DNA from: Eledone cirrhosa
Taxonomy: Eukaryota
Length of the DNA stretch: 64,000 bases
NCBI GenBank assembly: GCA_964016885.1
Contig: OZ024747.1
Span: forward strand, 72,974,001 to 73,038,000
Direction: 5' to 3'
Shown here: positions 12,501 to 23,900 of the stretch, in pieces
How the letters are laid out: each line of letters opens with the position of its first letter
How positions within the stretch are numbered: position 1 is the stretch's first letter
Program-made: the position numbers and the translations under genes
The notes under the pieces: generated by a model
The model's input: only the letters and a program-made list of their open reading frames with translations
Databases searched by the model: none
What the model was told of the DNA's origin: nothing

Positions 12501-12909
12501 CCACTAAAAGCAGGGAACGCGACGTTCCTAGAAAAGTCTCCAGACGTTGGAAGAAGTCGGCTCTTTCCGCCCCGAAGGGAGCATAAAGACCGACCAGTCT
12601 GAAAGCCCCGCCTTCACCGCCTCCGACGTCCAGCACCAGTAATCGACCCCCCGGGTCCGAGTGAACAATCTGTACGTCGAGAGTCAGACGTTTATCCAGC
12701 AGTACGGCAACTCCCCCCCCGCCTCCGGGTTGACAGAGAGATGCGTGCATCTCAAAGTCATCGAAGGCGGGCGCCAGCTGTCTCACGCTGCTGATCCGAC
12801 TCTCGCAAACAACCATCACATCTATACTTTGTGACCTGAGGTCACTTAGAAGCTTTGCTTGCTTCCAAGCTGAGCCCAGGCCACGCGCGTTCAAACAGCC
12901 AACTCTCAA
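9502..12909 (-). CDS. Copy 3 ORF2, 1135 aa, with a 21-bp in-frame deletion
   Basis: Same motifs as copy 2; seven residues (WWISLKR) missing near 12083. Confidence 0.93.
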   Translation of the reverse strand: MRVGCLNARGLGSAWKQAKLLSDLRSQSIDVMVVCESRISSVRQLAPAFDDFEMHASLCQPGGGGGVAVLLDKRLTLDVQIVHSDPGGRLLVLDVGGGEGGAFRLVGLYAPFGAERADFFQRLETFLGTSRSLLLVGDWNGILDARWDYAGACPDRGGCSSLKGLLDRFDLVDRFRLDCPTAPTWTWANRSGQSRSYLDRFLVRSKDRDVFSCPELIMVGYSDHKLVTCVVNLDRTHRQGPGYWKMNLSLPTKKDYRNRISSLVKMRLTGAIVNSREIRVSSIGYSKELAANRNRRERELTDKLEEAIRSGDVARVLATRTALSQFFDSKHEGCVVRSKIRALGNEGTKAVSWARVTEAKSGIKSTIRSLRDQDGRVILEPERMCETFQRHFARLFGGGGGPDGDVDFGPYLDGLPRLSSGEAECCEGPITATEIGEALSQCSRRKSPGLDGLPYELYLAMPVLFSELLEAVYCNWQQNGRIPCSVTKGVVTLVRKDESKGDDLSNFRPITLLNAELQILAKVLAKRLALVVGGLVGDAQTCAIPSRSIHDNLHLMRYIIERVGYEPGFGGALINLDQSKAFDRVDHGYLDAVLAAAGFGPVFRGWISAMHSGNIYSRIKVNGYLSEPFQITRSIRQGCPLSSLLYVLTLEPLLRKLELLRGIPLEPGLHKAVSAYADDVTVMVADASEIGAIATLLEEYERLTGAKLNQDKSVGLQLGTWRGKPMPLDGVVGRWTEGPVKLLGVWFGPDLQVEKNWGEVTSRVFALTQKWATCKLSLKGRAEVTNAYIASVIYYRLTVVPCPKEKLTIMERMLFQFLWKKRPPMVRRSICCQHPSKGGLGMPWLLMRRHALRLRHLQVFLNGQPVWAPFVRRAFPQLVSLTELQSWVKQRPRKLGNWHTECAQALTAIWQADPTVSGESTSTFYRGLVASRGDDTLGESLGMEEDELASLFGRTFGPGPMDNFQRSLAWQCYRGALPVREKLYRHGRPGRDPAIKICPRCVRDEETVAHALVHCPGVADLWGYVERLLSRVAPIRLTAESVVNIKPPPPFRNEAEAVFLCVIAMMKEVVWWTRLKGLRSGDFLSGHHLVYFFRYHFGRRIRMEREVLGPRQFYERWVKEARMARVNGPSLYIVL

Positions 12910-12914
12910 TTGAT

Positions 12915-14750
12915 CTATTTTGGTGTTGAAAGTGAAGAAAGAAAAGCACTTACCTCTCCGGGTTGCGTAATTTCCATGGCATCAGGTGTGTTGGGTGGAG
13001 GGATGTTTTGTGGTGGTGTGGGGGTACACGTGTGTGGTGGGGTTGGGGTATTTGGAGTTGTGTCAGGGAGAGGGGCGGTTATGGGGAAATCTTTCAAGAG
13101 GACGCGATTCAACGGTTTTAAACAGGGGGGGCTCACGTCCCGTCTAAATTGTTCTTTTAAGGAACGATAAAGGTCCAGAGGGACCTTTATCATTTTTAAA
13201 TGGGTGAAGTTCTCTGTTGAGATAAAGTTTGGCCCTTCAGTCTGCACCATAGGGTTATTGTTTATTAATTTAACCAGTTTTTTGTTTTCTTTATTTATAT
13301 ATGTGTATTGCAACGTCTTTTTTTGTGATGCTGTCAATGTTTCGGAGAGGGGAGGCGCAGATTTATTTTTGTTTGTTGAGGGTGGGGTGTTTTTGATTGG
13401 AGTTGGTGTTTGTGTGTGGGTTATTTGTGGTGTGCTGGGTGTGCGTTTTCTTTTTTTTCTTTTAACTTGTCTGAAGGCTTCTCCTCCTTCTTCTTCAGAA
13501 GTTGGGGGAAACTCTTCAGCGCTAGGTGGGAGGGACGTGTTGTGTGGTTGTTTTTTTTTTGCGGGAGGGGTAGATTTGTTACTGTTTTTTTTATTATTTG
13601 TTTGGAATGGGTTTTGTGGTGGTGGTGGTGGTAATGTTTGTGTCGTGCTTGTGGTTGGTGATGGTGGTGGTGATGTTTGTGTTGTGGTTGGTGGTGGTGA
13701 TTTTTGTGTCGTGCTTGTGTTTGGTGCTGGTGGTGGTGATGTTTGTGTTGTGTTTGTGGTTGGTGGTGTCTGTATTTTGTTTGCTGTGTGTGGTATTAGT
13801 GTATTTTTGGAGGTGGGTGGTGCTGGTGTACTCTTTGTGGTGGGTGTGGGCAATAGCCCTTTTTGGGGGATACGTTTCGGGCAGTTAGCCTTAACGTGTC
13901 CCCTTTCCATGCATAAATAGCATGCTGGTCTTCTCCCCTCTACAATTATGTCTATTGGGGTAAGGTCATCCAGCCAGATGCGATCCGGGATTTGTGCTAT
14001 TCTTTCGGGCCTCATTTGGACTAGTATGTCGAGGCCCATTCCCAGGAACGCATCTCCAGTTGCCTTCCCCATTGACAGCATAGTGTCTTCGCCCATATCA
14101 ATGAAGCCAGCAATAGCCCACCAGAAGTCCATTGTGGGCAGCATTGTTTTTACTTTTACTCTCTGTGTTCTTCTACCCATGTAGGAGGGATAGAAGCTAT
14201 ATGTTGTCGACGAGAGTGGGCTTAGGGAAAGCTTCTCCGCCGTTTCTTTGTCTCTTGTTAGGACCGAAATGCTGCCATAGAGTCGGTCCTTTCGTATGAA
14301 GAGAATATTCTTCATATAGTCTTTTAGGACTAACTCTATTTCCATTTGGCTGGGCTGTGCTGGCTTTCTTGTCTGGTTCAGTATAGTTCTGTATAGAACT
14401 GTGTTTTCTGCTCTGGCTTTCTTGAATTCTGGGGGGGAGTTAATGGAAAACATTCCGTTCTCCCCCAAAACAATGTGTTTCTTTGCTTCGGCCAGTTTTT
14501 CTCTGGCGGCAGTTAGGTCAATTGGTGTGTATGTAATGGATTGTTTTGTTTTCTGGGCGAAAGTTGCCCTGTCGTTATTTGTATTATTTTCTGTTTGTTT
14601 GTTTTCTGTTTGCTCATTTTCCTTAACATTTGTTTTTTCATTTTGTTTGTTTGTTTCAATGTCTAATTTTGTTGTAATTATTTTTTGTTCTTCAGACTTG
14701 GGGGGCGTGGCAGAGCTAATGGCAGACATGTCTGCCATCTTTTCCGCCAT
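12915..14750 (-). CDS. Copy 3 ORF1 (nucleic-acid-binding, CCHC knuckle), open
   Basis: Likely ATG at MAEKMADMS. CYLCMERGHVKANC fits CX2CX4HX4C. Pro/Thr-rich region and basic KRKKRK. Confidence 0.9.
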   Translation of the reverse strand: MAEKMADMSAISSATPPKSEEQKIITTKLDIETNKQNEKTNVKENEQTENKQTENNTNNDRATFAQKTKQSITYTPIDLTAAREKLAEAKKHIVLGENGMFSINSPPEFKKARAENTVLYRTILNQTRKPAQPSQMEIELVLKDYMKNILFIRKDRLYGSISVLTRDKETAEKLSLSPLSSTTYSFYPSYMGRRTQRVKVKTMLPTMDFWWAIAGFIDMGEDTMLSMGKATGDAFLGMGLDILVQMRPERIAQIPDRIWLDDLTPIDIIVEGRRPACYLCMERGHVKANCPKRIPQKGLLPTPTTKSTPAPPTSKNTLIPHTANKIQTPPTTNTTQTSPPPAPNTSTTQKSPPPTTTQTSPPPSPTTSTTQTLPPPPPQNPFQTNNKKNSNKSTPPAKKKQPHNTSLPPSAEEFPPTSEEEGGEAFRQVKRKKRKRTPSTPQITHTQTPTPIKNTPPSTNKNKSAPPLSETLTASQKKTLQYTYINKENKKLVKLINNNPMVQTEGPNFISTENFTHLKMIKVPLDLYRSLKEQFRRDVSPPCLKPLNRVLLKDFPITAPLPDTTPNTPTPPHTCTPTPPQNIPPPNTPDAMEITQPGEVSAFLSSLSTPK

Positions 14751-15199
14751 GCTGCCAAGAAAGAAATTTTTCGGCAAAAATAGATATTTATTTTACCCCC
14801 TAAAAAGGGGGTAAATGCAAAAATGTTTCCCTAAATAACAGGGGTTAGTGTTCCAAATGTGTTGCACTAAAAAATTTATCCGGTACTTACAATAGTAAGG
14901 GTAAATCCCGATGGATAGCGGAGCCGATGCGAAGCGTGTCTTATTCTATCAAGATAGATAGATAGATAAATTTCTATTTATTTGCCACGAGGACACAAAA
15001 GAAGGGGACATTTACACAGTGGGGGAGTTTACATAAATCGAGTAAAGAAAAAAGGAATAACAATAATAATATAACAATAAAAGTCCTCAAAAGGGAGGGG
15101 GCGTGTTGGGGATTGCACATACCCCCGAAAAGTGTGCAACTCTTTTCGCGGGGGAAGCCCAGAGAGGAGGCGCTCCCCCTTTCCTCTTCACTTCTTCAC

Positions 15200-18100
15200 C
15201 TACAGAACAATGTAGAGAGAAGGCCCATTTACACGGGCCATTCTCGCTTCTTTCACCCACCTTTCATAAAACTGTCTGGGACCAAGCACTTCTCTCTCCA
15301 TCCTGATTCTTCTTCCGAAGTGGTATCGGAAGAAGTAAACCAGGTGATGGCCGGAGAGAAAGTCACCCGACCTCAGACCTTTCAGGCGCGTCCACCACAC
15401 AACCTCTTTCATCATGGCTATTACGCACAGAAAGACCGCCTCTGCTTCATTTCTGAAGGGAGGAGGTGGCTTGATGTTCACCACAGACTCGGCGGTTAAT
15501 CGAATCGGCGCCACACGCGACAGCAGTCGTTCGACGTAGCCCCACAGATCGGCAACGCCCGGGCAGTGTACCAGTGCATGCGCAACGGTTTCCTCGTCGC
15601 GCACGCATCTGGGACAGATCTTTTTCGCGGGATCCCTGCCCGGGCGCCCGTGTCTGTAGAGCTTTTCTCGAACGGGCAGAGCCCCCCGGTAACACTGCCA
15701 GGCTAGGGACCTCTGGAAGTTGTCCATGGGTCCCGGGCCGAAAGTTCTACCGAACAGGCTGGCCAGTTCGTCCTCCTCCATGCCTAGCGACTCTCCAAGG
15801 GTGTCGTCGCCCCTGCTAGCCACCAACCCTCTATAGAATGTCGAGGTGGATTCTCCACTGACAGTCGGGTCCGCTTGCCAGATAGCCGTGAGCGCCTGGG
15901 CACACTCAGTGTGCCAGTTGCCCAGTTTTCTCGGTCTTTGCTTCACCCAGGATTGCAGTTCGGTGAGCGAGACGAGCTGTGGGAAGGCTCGCCTCACAAA
16001 CGGGGCCCACACCGGCTGACCGTTGAGGAATACCTGTAGATGCCGTAGCCTCAATGCGTGCCTACGCATCAACAGCCACGGCATACCCAGCCCTCCTTTC
16101 GAAGGGTGCTGGCAGCAGATGGATCTCCTCACCATGGGAGGCCGCTTCTTCCAGAGGAACTGGAAGAGCATGCGTTCCATGATGGTGAGCTTTTCCTTGG
16201 GGCAAGGCACGACGGTCAGGCGGTAGTAGATGACGGACGCTATGTAAGCGTTCGTCACCTCCGCCCGACCTTTCAGTGATAGTTTGCACTTGGCCCACTT
16301 CTGGGTCAGCGCAAACACCCTGCTCGTCACCTCGCCCCAATTCTTCTCCACCTGGAGGTCCGGTCCGAACCAGACCCCGAGCAGCTTCACCGGGCCCTCC
16401 GTCCACCGCCCGACGACACCGTCTAACGGCATCGGTTTGCCCCTCCACGTTCCGAGTTGCAAACCGACTGACTTGTCCTGGTTCAGCTTAGCCCCCGTCA
16501 GCCTTTCGTATTCCTCCAGTAGGGTGGCGATCGCTCCGATTTCCGAGGCGTCCGCCACCATTACTGTTACGTCGTCGGCATAGGCCGAGACCGCTTTGTG
16601 CAATCCCGGTTCCAGGGGTATGCCCCGCAGCAACTCCAACTTCCGCAGCAGTGGCTCGAGAGTCAATACGTACAGAAGGGAGGAGAGGGGGCACCCCTGT
16701 CTGATGGATCGGGTGATTTGAAACGGCTCCGAGAGGTAGCCGTTTACTTTAATCCTAGAGTAGATGTTGCCACTGTGCATGGCAGAAATCCAGCCCCTGA
16801 AAACGGGTCCGAAGCCCGCCGCCGCTAGCACCGCATCCAGGTAACCATGGTCGACCCTATCGAACGCCTTAGATTGATCCAAGTTGATCAGGGCCCCACC
16901 AAAGCCGGGTTCGTAGCCAACCCTCTCTATGATGTATCGCATGAGGTGGAGGTTGTCGTGAATGGACCTGGACGGGATAGCGCATGTCTGCGCGTCTCCC
17001 ACCAAACCACCCACCACAAGCGCCAACCTCTTCGCCAACACCTTGGCCAAAATCTGTAACTCTGCATTCAGCAGAGTTATGGGCCTAAAGTTACTTAAGT
17101 CGTCCCCCTTGCTCTCGTCCTTCCTCACTAGCGTGACCACGCCCTTGGTCACAGAACAGGGAATTCTCCCGTTCTGTTGCCAGTTGCAATAGACAGCCTC
17201 GAGGAGTTCGGAGAACAAGACCGGCATAGCTAAATAAAGTTCGTATGGTAGACCATCGAGACCCGGGGATTTGCGTCTGCTGCATTGGCTGAGCGCTTCC
17301 CCGATTTCAGTGGCTGTGATTGGCCCTTCGCAGCACTCCGCTTCGCCGCTCGAAAGACGCGGTAGACCGTCGAGGTATGGACCGAAGTCCACATCCCCGT
17401 CCGGCCCCCCGCCACCTCCGAACAGTCGAGCAAAGTGCCTTTGAAAGGTCTCGCACATTCGCTCAGGTTCAAGGATCACCCGTCCATCCTGGTCTCGCAA
17501 AGACCGAATGGTGGATTTAATCCCACTCTTGGCTTCTGTCACGCGGGCCCAGCTAACAGCTTTGGTCCCCTCGTTTCCTAAAGCACGTATTTTACTTCGG
17601 ACAACGCAGCCTTCGTGCTTCGCGTCAAAGAACTGGCTCAATGCCGTTCTCGTCGCTAACACTCTGGCTACGTCTCCGCTCCTAATCGCCTCTTCTAGTT
17701 TATCTGTTAACTCCCTTTCCCTCCTATTTCTATTCGCCGCTAGTTCCTTACTGTAACCTATCGAACTTACTCTAATCTCTCTCTTTAGAGATATCCACCA
17801 CCTACTGTTGACGATCGCCCCCGTCAACCGCATCTTAACTAAGCTACTAATCCGGTTTCTGTAATCTTTCTTTGTCGGTAAGGACAAGTTCATCTTCCAG
17901 TAACCGGGACCCTGTCTATGCGTTCTATCAAGGTTGACCACGCAGGTCACTAATTTGTGATCTGAATAGCCAACCATGATCAGTTCTGGACAACTAAATA
18001 CGTCCCTATCCTTACTCCTAACCAAAAACCTATCTAGGTACGATCTAGATTGTCCACTGCGGTTTGCCCAGGTCCAGGTTGGCGCAGTTGGACAATCTAG

Positions 18101-18632
18101 TCGAAATCTATCGACCAGGTCGAATCGATCGAGTAACCCCTTGAGGCTGCTACACCCCCCTCTATCGGGACATGCCCCTGCATAGTCCCAACGCGCATCT
18201 AGGATTCCATTCCAGTCCCCCACTAAAAGCAGGGAACGCGACGTTCCTAGAAAAGTCTCCAGACGTTGGAAGAAGTCGGCTCTCTCCGCCCCGAAGGGAG
18301 CATAAAGACCGACCAGTCTGAAAGCCCCGCCTTCACCACCTCCGACGTCCAGCACCAGTAATCGACCCCCCGGGTCCGAGTGAACAATCTGTACGTCGAG
18401 AGTCAGACGTTTATCCAGCAGTACGGCAACTCCCCCCCCCCCCGCCTCCGGGTTGACAGAGAGATGCGTGCATCTCAAAGTCATCGAAGGCGGGCGCCAG
18501 CTGTCTCACGCTGCTGATCCGACTCTCGCAAACAACCATCACATCTATACTTTGTGACCTGAGGTCACTTAGAAGCTTTGCTTGCTTCCAAGCTGAGCTC
18601 AGGCCACGCGCGTTCAAACAGCCAACTCTCAA
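15200..18632 (-). pseudogene. Copy 4 ORF2, frameshifted at a G12 tract
   Basis: C12 at 18432-18443 versus C8 in intact copies splits ORF2 into the 73-aa and 1094-aa ORFs. Could be a sequencing error. Confidence 0.8.
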
Positions 18633-18637
18633 TTGAT

Positions 18638-20473
18638 CTATTTTGGTGTTGAAAGTGAAGAAAGAAAAGCACTTACCTCTCCGGGTTGCGTAATTTCCAT
18701 GGCATCAGGTGTGTTGGGTGGAGGGATGTTTTGTGGTGGTGTGGGGGTACACGTGTGTGGTGGGGTTGGGGTATTTGGAGTTGTGTCAGGGAGAGGGGCG
18801 GTTATGGGGAAATCTTTCAAGAGGACGCGATTCAACGGTTTTAAACAGGGGGGGCTCACGTCCCGTCTAAATTGTTCTTTTAAGGAACGATAAAGGTCCA
18901 GAGGGACCTTTATCATTTTTAAATGGGTGAAGTTCTCTGTTGAGATAAAGTTTGGCCCTTCGGTCTGCACCATAGGGTTATTGTTTATTAATTTAACCAG
19001 TTTTTTGTTTTCTTTATTTATATATGTGTATTGCAACGTCTTTTTTTGTGATGCTGTCAATGTTTCGGAGAGGGGAGGCGCAGATTTATTTTTGTTTGTT
19101 GAGGGTGGGGTGTTTTTGATTGGAGTTGGTGTTTGTGTGTGGGTTATTTGTGGTGTGCTGGGTGTGTGTTTTCTTTTTTTTCTTTTAACTTGTCTGAAGG
19201 CTTCTCCTCCTTCTTCTTCAGAAGTTGGGGGAAACTCTTCAGCGCTAGGTGGGAGGGACGTGTTGTGTGGTTGTTTTTTTTTTGCGGGAGGGGTAGATTT
19301 GTTACTGTTTTTTTTATTATTTGTTTGGGATGGGTTTTGTGGTGGTGGTGGTGGTAATGTTTGTGTCGTGCTTGTGGTTGGTGATGGTGGTGGTGATGTT
19401 TGTGTTGTGGTTGGTGGTGGTGATTTTTGTGTCGTGCTTGTGTTTGGTGCTGGTGGTGGTGATGTTTGTGTTGTGTTTGTGGTTGGTGGTGTCTGTATTT
19501 TGTTTGCTGTGTGTGGTATTAGTGTATTTTTGGAGGTGGGTGGTGCTGGTGTACTGTTTGTGGTGGGTGTGGGCAATAGTCCTTTTTGGGGGATACGTTT
19601 CGGGCAGTTAGCCTTAACGTGTCCCCTTTCCATGCATAAATAGCATGCTGGTCTTCTCCCCTCTACAATTATGTCTATTGGGGTAAGGTCATCCAGCCAG
19701 ATGCGATCCGGGATTTGTGCTATTCTTTCGGGCCTCATTTGGACTAGTATGTCGAGGCCCATTCCCAGGAACGCATCTCCAGTTGCCTTCCCCATTGACA
19801 GCATAGTGTCTTCGCCCATATCAATGAAGCCAGCAATAGCCCACCAGAAGTCCATTGTGGGCAGCATTGTTTTTACTTTTACTCTCTGTGTTCTTCTACC
19901 CATGTAGGAGGGATAGAAGCTATATGTTGTCGACGAGAGTGGGCTTAGGGAAAGCTTCTCCGCCGTTTCTTTGTCTCTTGTTAGGACCGAAATGCTGCCA
20001 TAGAGTCGGTCCTTTCGTATGAAGAGAATATTCTTCATATAGTCTTTTAGGACTAACTCTATTTCCATTTGGCTGAGCTGTGCTGGCTTTCTTGTCTGGT
20101 TCAGTATAGTTCTGTATAGAACTGTGTTTTCTGCTCTGGCTTTCTTGAATTCTGGGGGGGAGTTAATGGAAAACATTCCGTTCTGCCCCAAAACAATATG
20201 TTTCTTTGCTTCGGCCAGTTTTTCTCTGGCGGCAGTTAGATCAATTGGTGTGTATGTAATGGATTGTTTTGTTTTCTGGGCGAAAGTTGCCCTGTCGTTA
20301 TTTGTATTATTTTCTGTTTGTTTGTTTTCTGTTTGCTCATTTTCCTTAACATTTGTTTTTTCATTTTGTTTGTTTGTTTCAATGTCTAATTTTGTTGTAA
20401 TTATTTTTTGTTCTTCAGACTTGGGGGGCGTGGCAGAGCTAATGGCAGACATGTCTGCCATCTTTTCCGCCAT
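18638..20473 (-). CDS. Copy 4 ORF1, open
   Basis: 620-aa ORF (611 aa from ATG) with CCHC knuckle. Confidence 0.9.
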   Translation of the reverse strand: MAEKMADMSAISSATPPKSEEQKIITTKLDIETNKQNEKTNVKENEQTENKQTENNTNNDRATFAQKTKQSITYTPIDLTAAREKLAEAKKHIVLGQNGMFSINSPPEFKKARAENTVLYRTILNQTRKPAQLSQMEIELVLKDYMKNILFIRKDRLYGSISVLTRDKETAEKLSLSPLSSTTYSFYPSYMGRRTQRVKVKTMLPTMDFWWAIAGFIDMGEDTMLSMGKATGDAFLGMGLDILVQMRPERIAQIPDRIWLDDLTPIDIIVEGRRPACYLCMERGHVKANCPKRIPQKGLLPTPTTNSTPAPPTSKNTLIPHTANKIQTPPTTNTTQTSPPPAPNTSTTQKSPPPTTTQTSPPPSPTTSTTQTLPPPPPQNPSQTNNKKNSNKSTPPAKKKQPHNTSLPPSAEEFPPTSEEEGGEAFRQVKRKKRKHTPSTPQITHTQTPTPIKNTPPSTNKNKSAPPLSETLTASQKKTLQYTYINKENKKLVKLINNNPMVQTEGPNFISTENFTHLKMIKVPLDLYRSLKEQFRRDVSPPCLKPLNRVLLKDFPITAPLPDTTPNTPTPPHTCTPTPPQNIPPPNTPDAMEITQPGEVSAFLSSLSTPK

Positions 20474-20675
20474 GCTGCCAAGAAAGAAATTTTTCGGCAA
20501 AAATAGATATTTATTTTACCCCCTAAAAAGGGGGTAAATGCAAAAATGTTTCCCTAAATAACAGGGGTTAGTGTTTCAAATGTGTTGCACTAAAAAATGT
20601 ATCCGGTACTTACAATAGTAAGGGTAAATCCCGATGGAATAGCGGAGCCGATGCGAAGCGTGTCTCACTCTATCA

Positions 20676-20714
<39 letters not shown>

Positions 20715-20958
20715 AAGAGATAGATAAATTTCTATTTATTTGCCACGAGGGCACAAAAGAAGGGGACATTTACACAGTGGGGGAGTTTACATAAATCGAG
20801 TAAAGAAAAAAGGAATAACAATAATAATATAACAATAAAAAGTCCTCAAAAGGGAGGGGGCGTGTTGGGGATTGCACATACCCCCGAAAAGTGTGCAACT
20901 CTTTTCGCGGGGGAAGCCCAGAGAGGAGGCGCTCCTCCTTTCCTCTTCACTTCTTCAC

Positions 20959-23900
20959 CTACAGAACAATGTAGAGAGAAGGCCCATTTACACGGGCCAT
21001 TCTCGCTTCTTTCACCCACCTTTCATAAAACTGTCTGGGACCAAGCACTTCTCTCTCCATCCTGATTCTTCTTCCGAAGTGGTATCGGAAGAAGTAAACC
21101 AGGTGATGGCCGGAGAGAAAGTCACCCGACCTCAGACCTTTCAGGCGCGTCCACCACACAACCTCTTTCATCATGGCTATTACGCACAGAAAGACCGCCT
21201 CTGCTTCATTTCTGAAGGGAGGAGGCGGCTTGATGTTCACCACAGACTCGGCGGTTAATCGAATCGGCGCCACACGCGACAGCAGTCGTTCGACGTAGCC
21301 CCACAGATCGGCAACGCCCGGGCAGTGTACCAGTGCATGCGCAACGGTTTCCTCGTCGCGCACGCATCTGGGACAGATCTTTTTCGCGGGATCCCTGCCC
21401 GGGCGCCCGTGTCTGTAGAGCTTTTCTCGAACGGGCAGAGCCCCCCGGTAACACTGCCAGGCTAGGGACCTCTGGAAGTTGTCCATGGGTCCCGGGCCGA
21501 AAGTTCTACCGAACAGGCTGGCCAGTTCGTCCTCCTCCATGCCTAGCGACTCTCCAAGGGTGTCGTCGCCCCTGCTAGCCACCAACCCTCTATAGAATGT
21601 CGAGGTGGATTCTCCACTGACAGTCGGGTCCGCTTGCCAGATAGCCGTGAGCGCCTGGGCACACTCAGTGTGCCAGTTGCCCAGTTTTCTCGGTCTTTGC
21701 TTCACCCAGGATTGCAGTTCGGTGAGCGAGACGAGCTGTGGGAAGGCTCGCCTCACAAACGGGGCCCACACCGGCTGACCGTTGAGGAATACCTGTAGAT
21801 GCCGTAGCCTCAATGCGTGCCTACGCATCAACAGCCACGGCATACCCAGCCCTCCTTTCGAAGGGTGCTGGCAGCAGATGGATCTCCTCACCATGGGAGG
21901 CCGCTTCTTCCAGAGGAACTGGAAGAGCATGCGTTCCATGATGGTGAGCTTTTCCTTGGGGCAAGGCACGACGGTCAGGCGGTAGTAGATGACGGACGCT
22001 ATGTAAGCGTTCGTCACCTCCGCCCGACCTTTCAGTGATAGTTTGCACTTGGCCCACTTCTGGGTCAGCGCAAACACCCTGCTCGTCACCTCGCCCCAAT
22101 TCTTCTCCACCTGGAGGTCCGGTCCGAACCAGACCCCGAGCAGCTTCACCGGGCCCTCCGTCCACCGCCCGACGACACCGTCTAACGGCATCGGTTTGCC
22201 CCTCCACGTTCCGAGTTGCAAACCGACTGACTTGTCCTGGTTCAGCTTAGCCCCCGTCAGCCTTTCGTATTCCTCCAGTAGGGTGGCGATCGCCCCGATT
22301 TCCGAGGCGTCCGCCACCATTACTGTTACGTCGTCGGCATAGGCCGAGACCGCTTTGTGCAATCCCGGTTCCAGGGGTATGCCCCGCAGCAACTCCAACT
22401 TCCGCAGCATTGGCTCGAGAGTCAATACGTACAGAAGGGAGGAGAGGGGGCACCCCTGTCTGATGGATCGGGTGATTTGAAACGGCTCCGAGAGGTAGCC
22501 GTTTACTTTAAACCTAGAGTAGATGTTGCCACTGTGCATGGCAGAAATCCAGCCCCTGAAAACGGGTCCGAAGCCCGCCGCCGCTAGCACCGCATCCAGG
22601 TAACCATGGTCGACCCTATCGAACGCCTTAGATTGATCCAAGTTGATCAGGGCCCCACCAAAGCCGGGTTCGTAGCCAACCCTCTCTATGATGTATCGCA
22701 TGAGGTGGAGGTTGTCGTGAATGGACCTGGACGGGATAGCGCATGTCTGCGCGTCTCCCACCAAACCACCCACCACAAGCGCCAACCTCTTCGCCAACAC
22801 CTTGGCCAAAATCTGTAACTCTGCATTCAGCAGAGTTATGGGCCTAAAGTTACTTAAGTCGTCCCCCTTGCTCTCGTCCTTCCTCACTAGCGTGACCACG
22901 CCCTTGGTCACAGAACAGGGAATTCTCCCGTTCTGTTGCCAGTTGCAATAGACAGCCTCGAGGAGTTCGGAGAACAAGACCGGCATAGCTAAATAAAGTT
23001 CGTATGGTAGACCATCGAGACCCGGGGATTTGCGTCTGCTGCATTGGCTGAGCGCTTCCCCGATTTCAGTGGCTGTGATTGGCCCTTCGCAGCACTCCGC
23101 TTCTCCGCTCGAAAGACGCGGTAGACCGTCGAGGTATGGACCGAAGTCCACATCCCCGTCCGGCCCCCCGCCACCTCCGAACAGTCGAGCAAAGTGCCTT
23201 TGAAAGGTCTCGCACATTCGCTCAGGTTCAAGGATCACCCGTCCATCCTGGTCTCGCAAAGACCGAATGGTGGATTTAATCCCACTCTTGGCTTCTGTCA
23301 CGCGGGCCCAGCTAACAGCTTTGGTCCCCTCGTTTCCTAAAGCACGTATTTTACTTCGGACAACGCAGCCTTCGTGCTTCGCGTCAAAGAACTGGCTCAA
23401 TGCCGTTCTCGTCGCTAACACTCTGGCTACGTCTCCGCTCCTAATCGCCTCTTCTAGTTTATCTGTTAACTCCCTTTCCCTCCTATTTCTATTCGCCGCT
23501 AGTTCCTTACTGTAACCTATCGAACTTACTCTAATCTCTCTCTTTAGAGATATCCACCACCTACTGTTGACGATCGCTCCCGTCAACCGCATCTTAACTA
23601 AGCTACTAATCCGGTTTCTGTAATCTTTCTTTGTCGGTAAGGACAAGTTCATCTTCCAGTAACCGGGACCCTGTCTATGCGTTCTATCAAGGTTGACCAC
23701 GCAGGTCACTAATTTGTGATCTGAATAGCCAACCATGATCAGTTCTGGACAACTAAATACGTCCCTATCCTTACTCCTAACCAAAAACCTATCTAGGTAC
23801 GATCTAGATTGTCCACTGCGGTTTGCCCAGGTCCAGGTTGGCGCAGTTGGACAATCTAGTCGAAATCTATCGACCAGGTCGAATCGATCGAGTAACCCCT

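Larger units (their letters stand above)
9271..14952 (-). mobile_element. Family A copy 3, full length (5682 bp)
   Basis: Flanked by GATA (9267-9270) and (GATA)4 (14953-14968). Confidence 0.97.
14969..20676 (-). mobile_element. Family A copy 4, full length (5708 bp)
   Basis: Flanked by (GATA)4 and by a compound (GATA)4(GA)n..(GATA)2 spacer at 20677-20726. Confidence 0.97.

Noticed and set aside
13204-14814. Antisense ORFs within ORF1 (238 aa Gly/Val-rich and 137 aa), repeated in each copy
   Set aside because: Explained as shadows of the A/C-rich ORF1 strand; recurrence only reflects copy identity.
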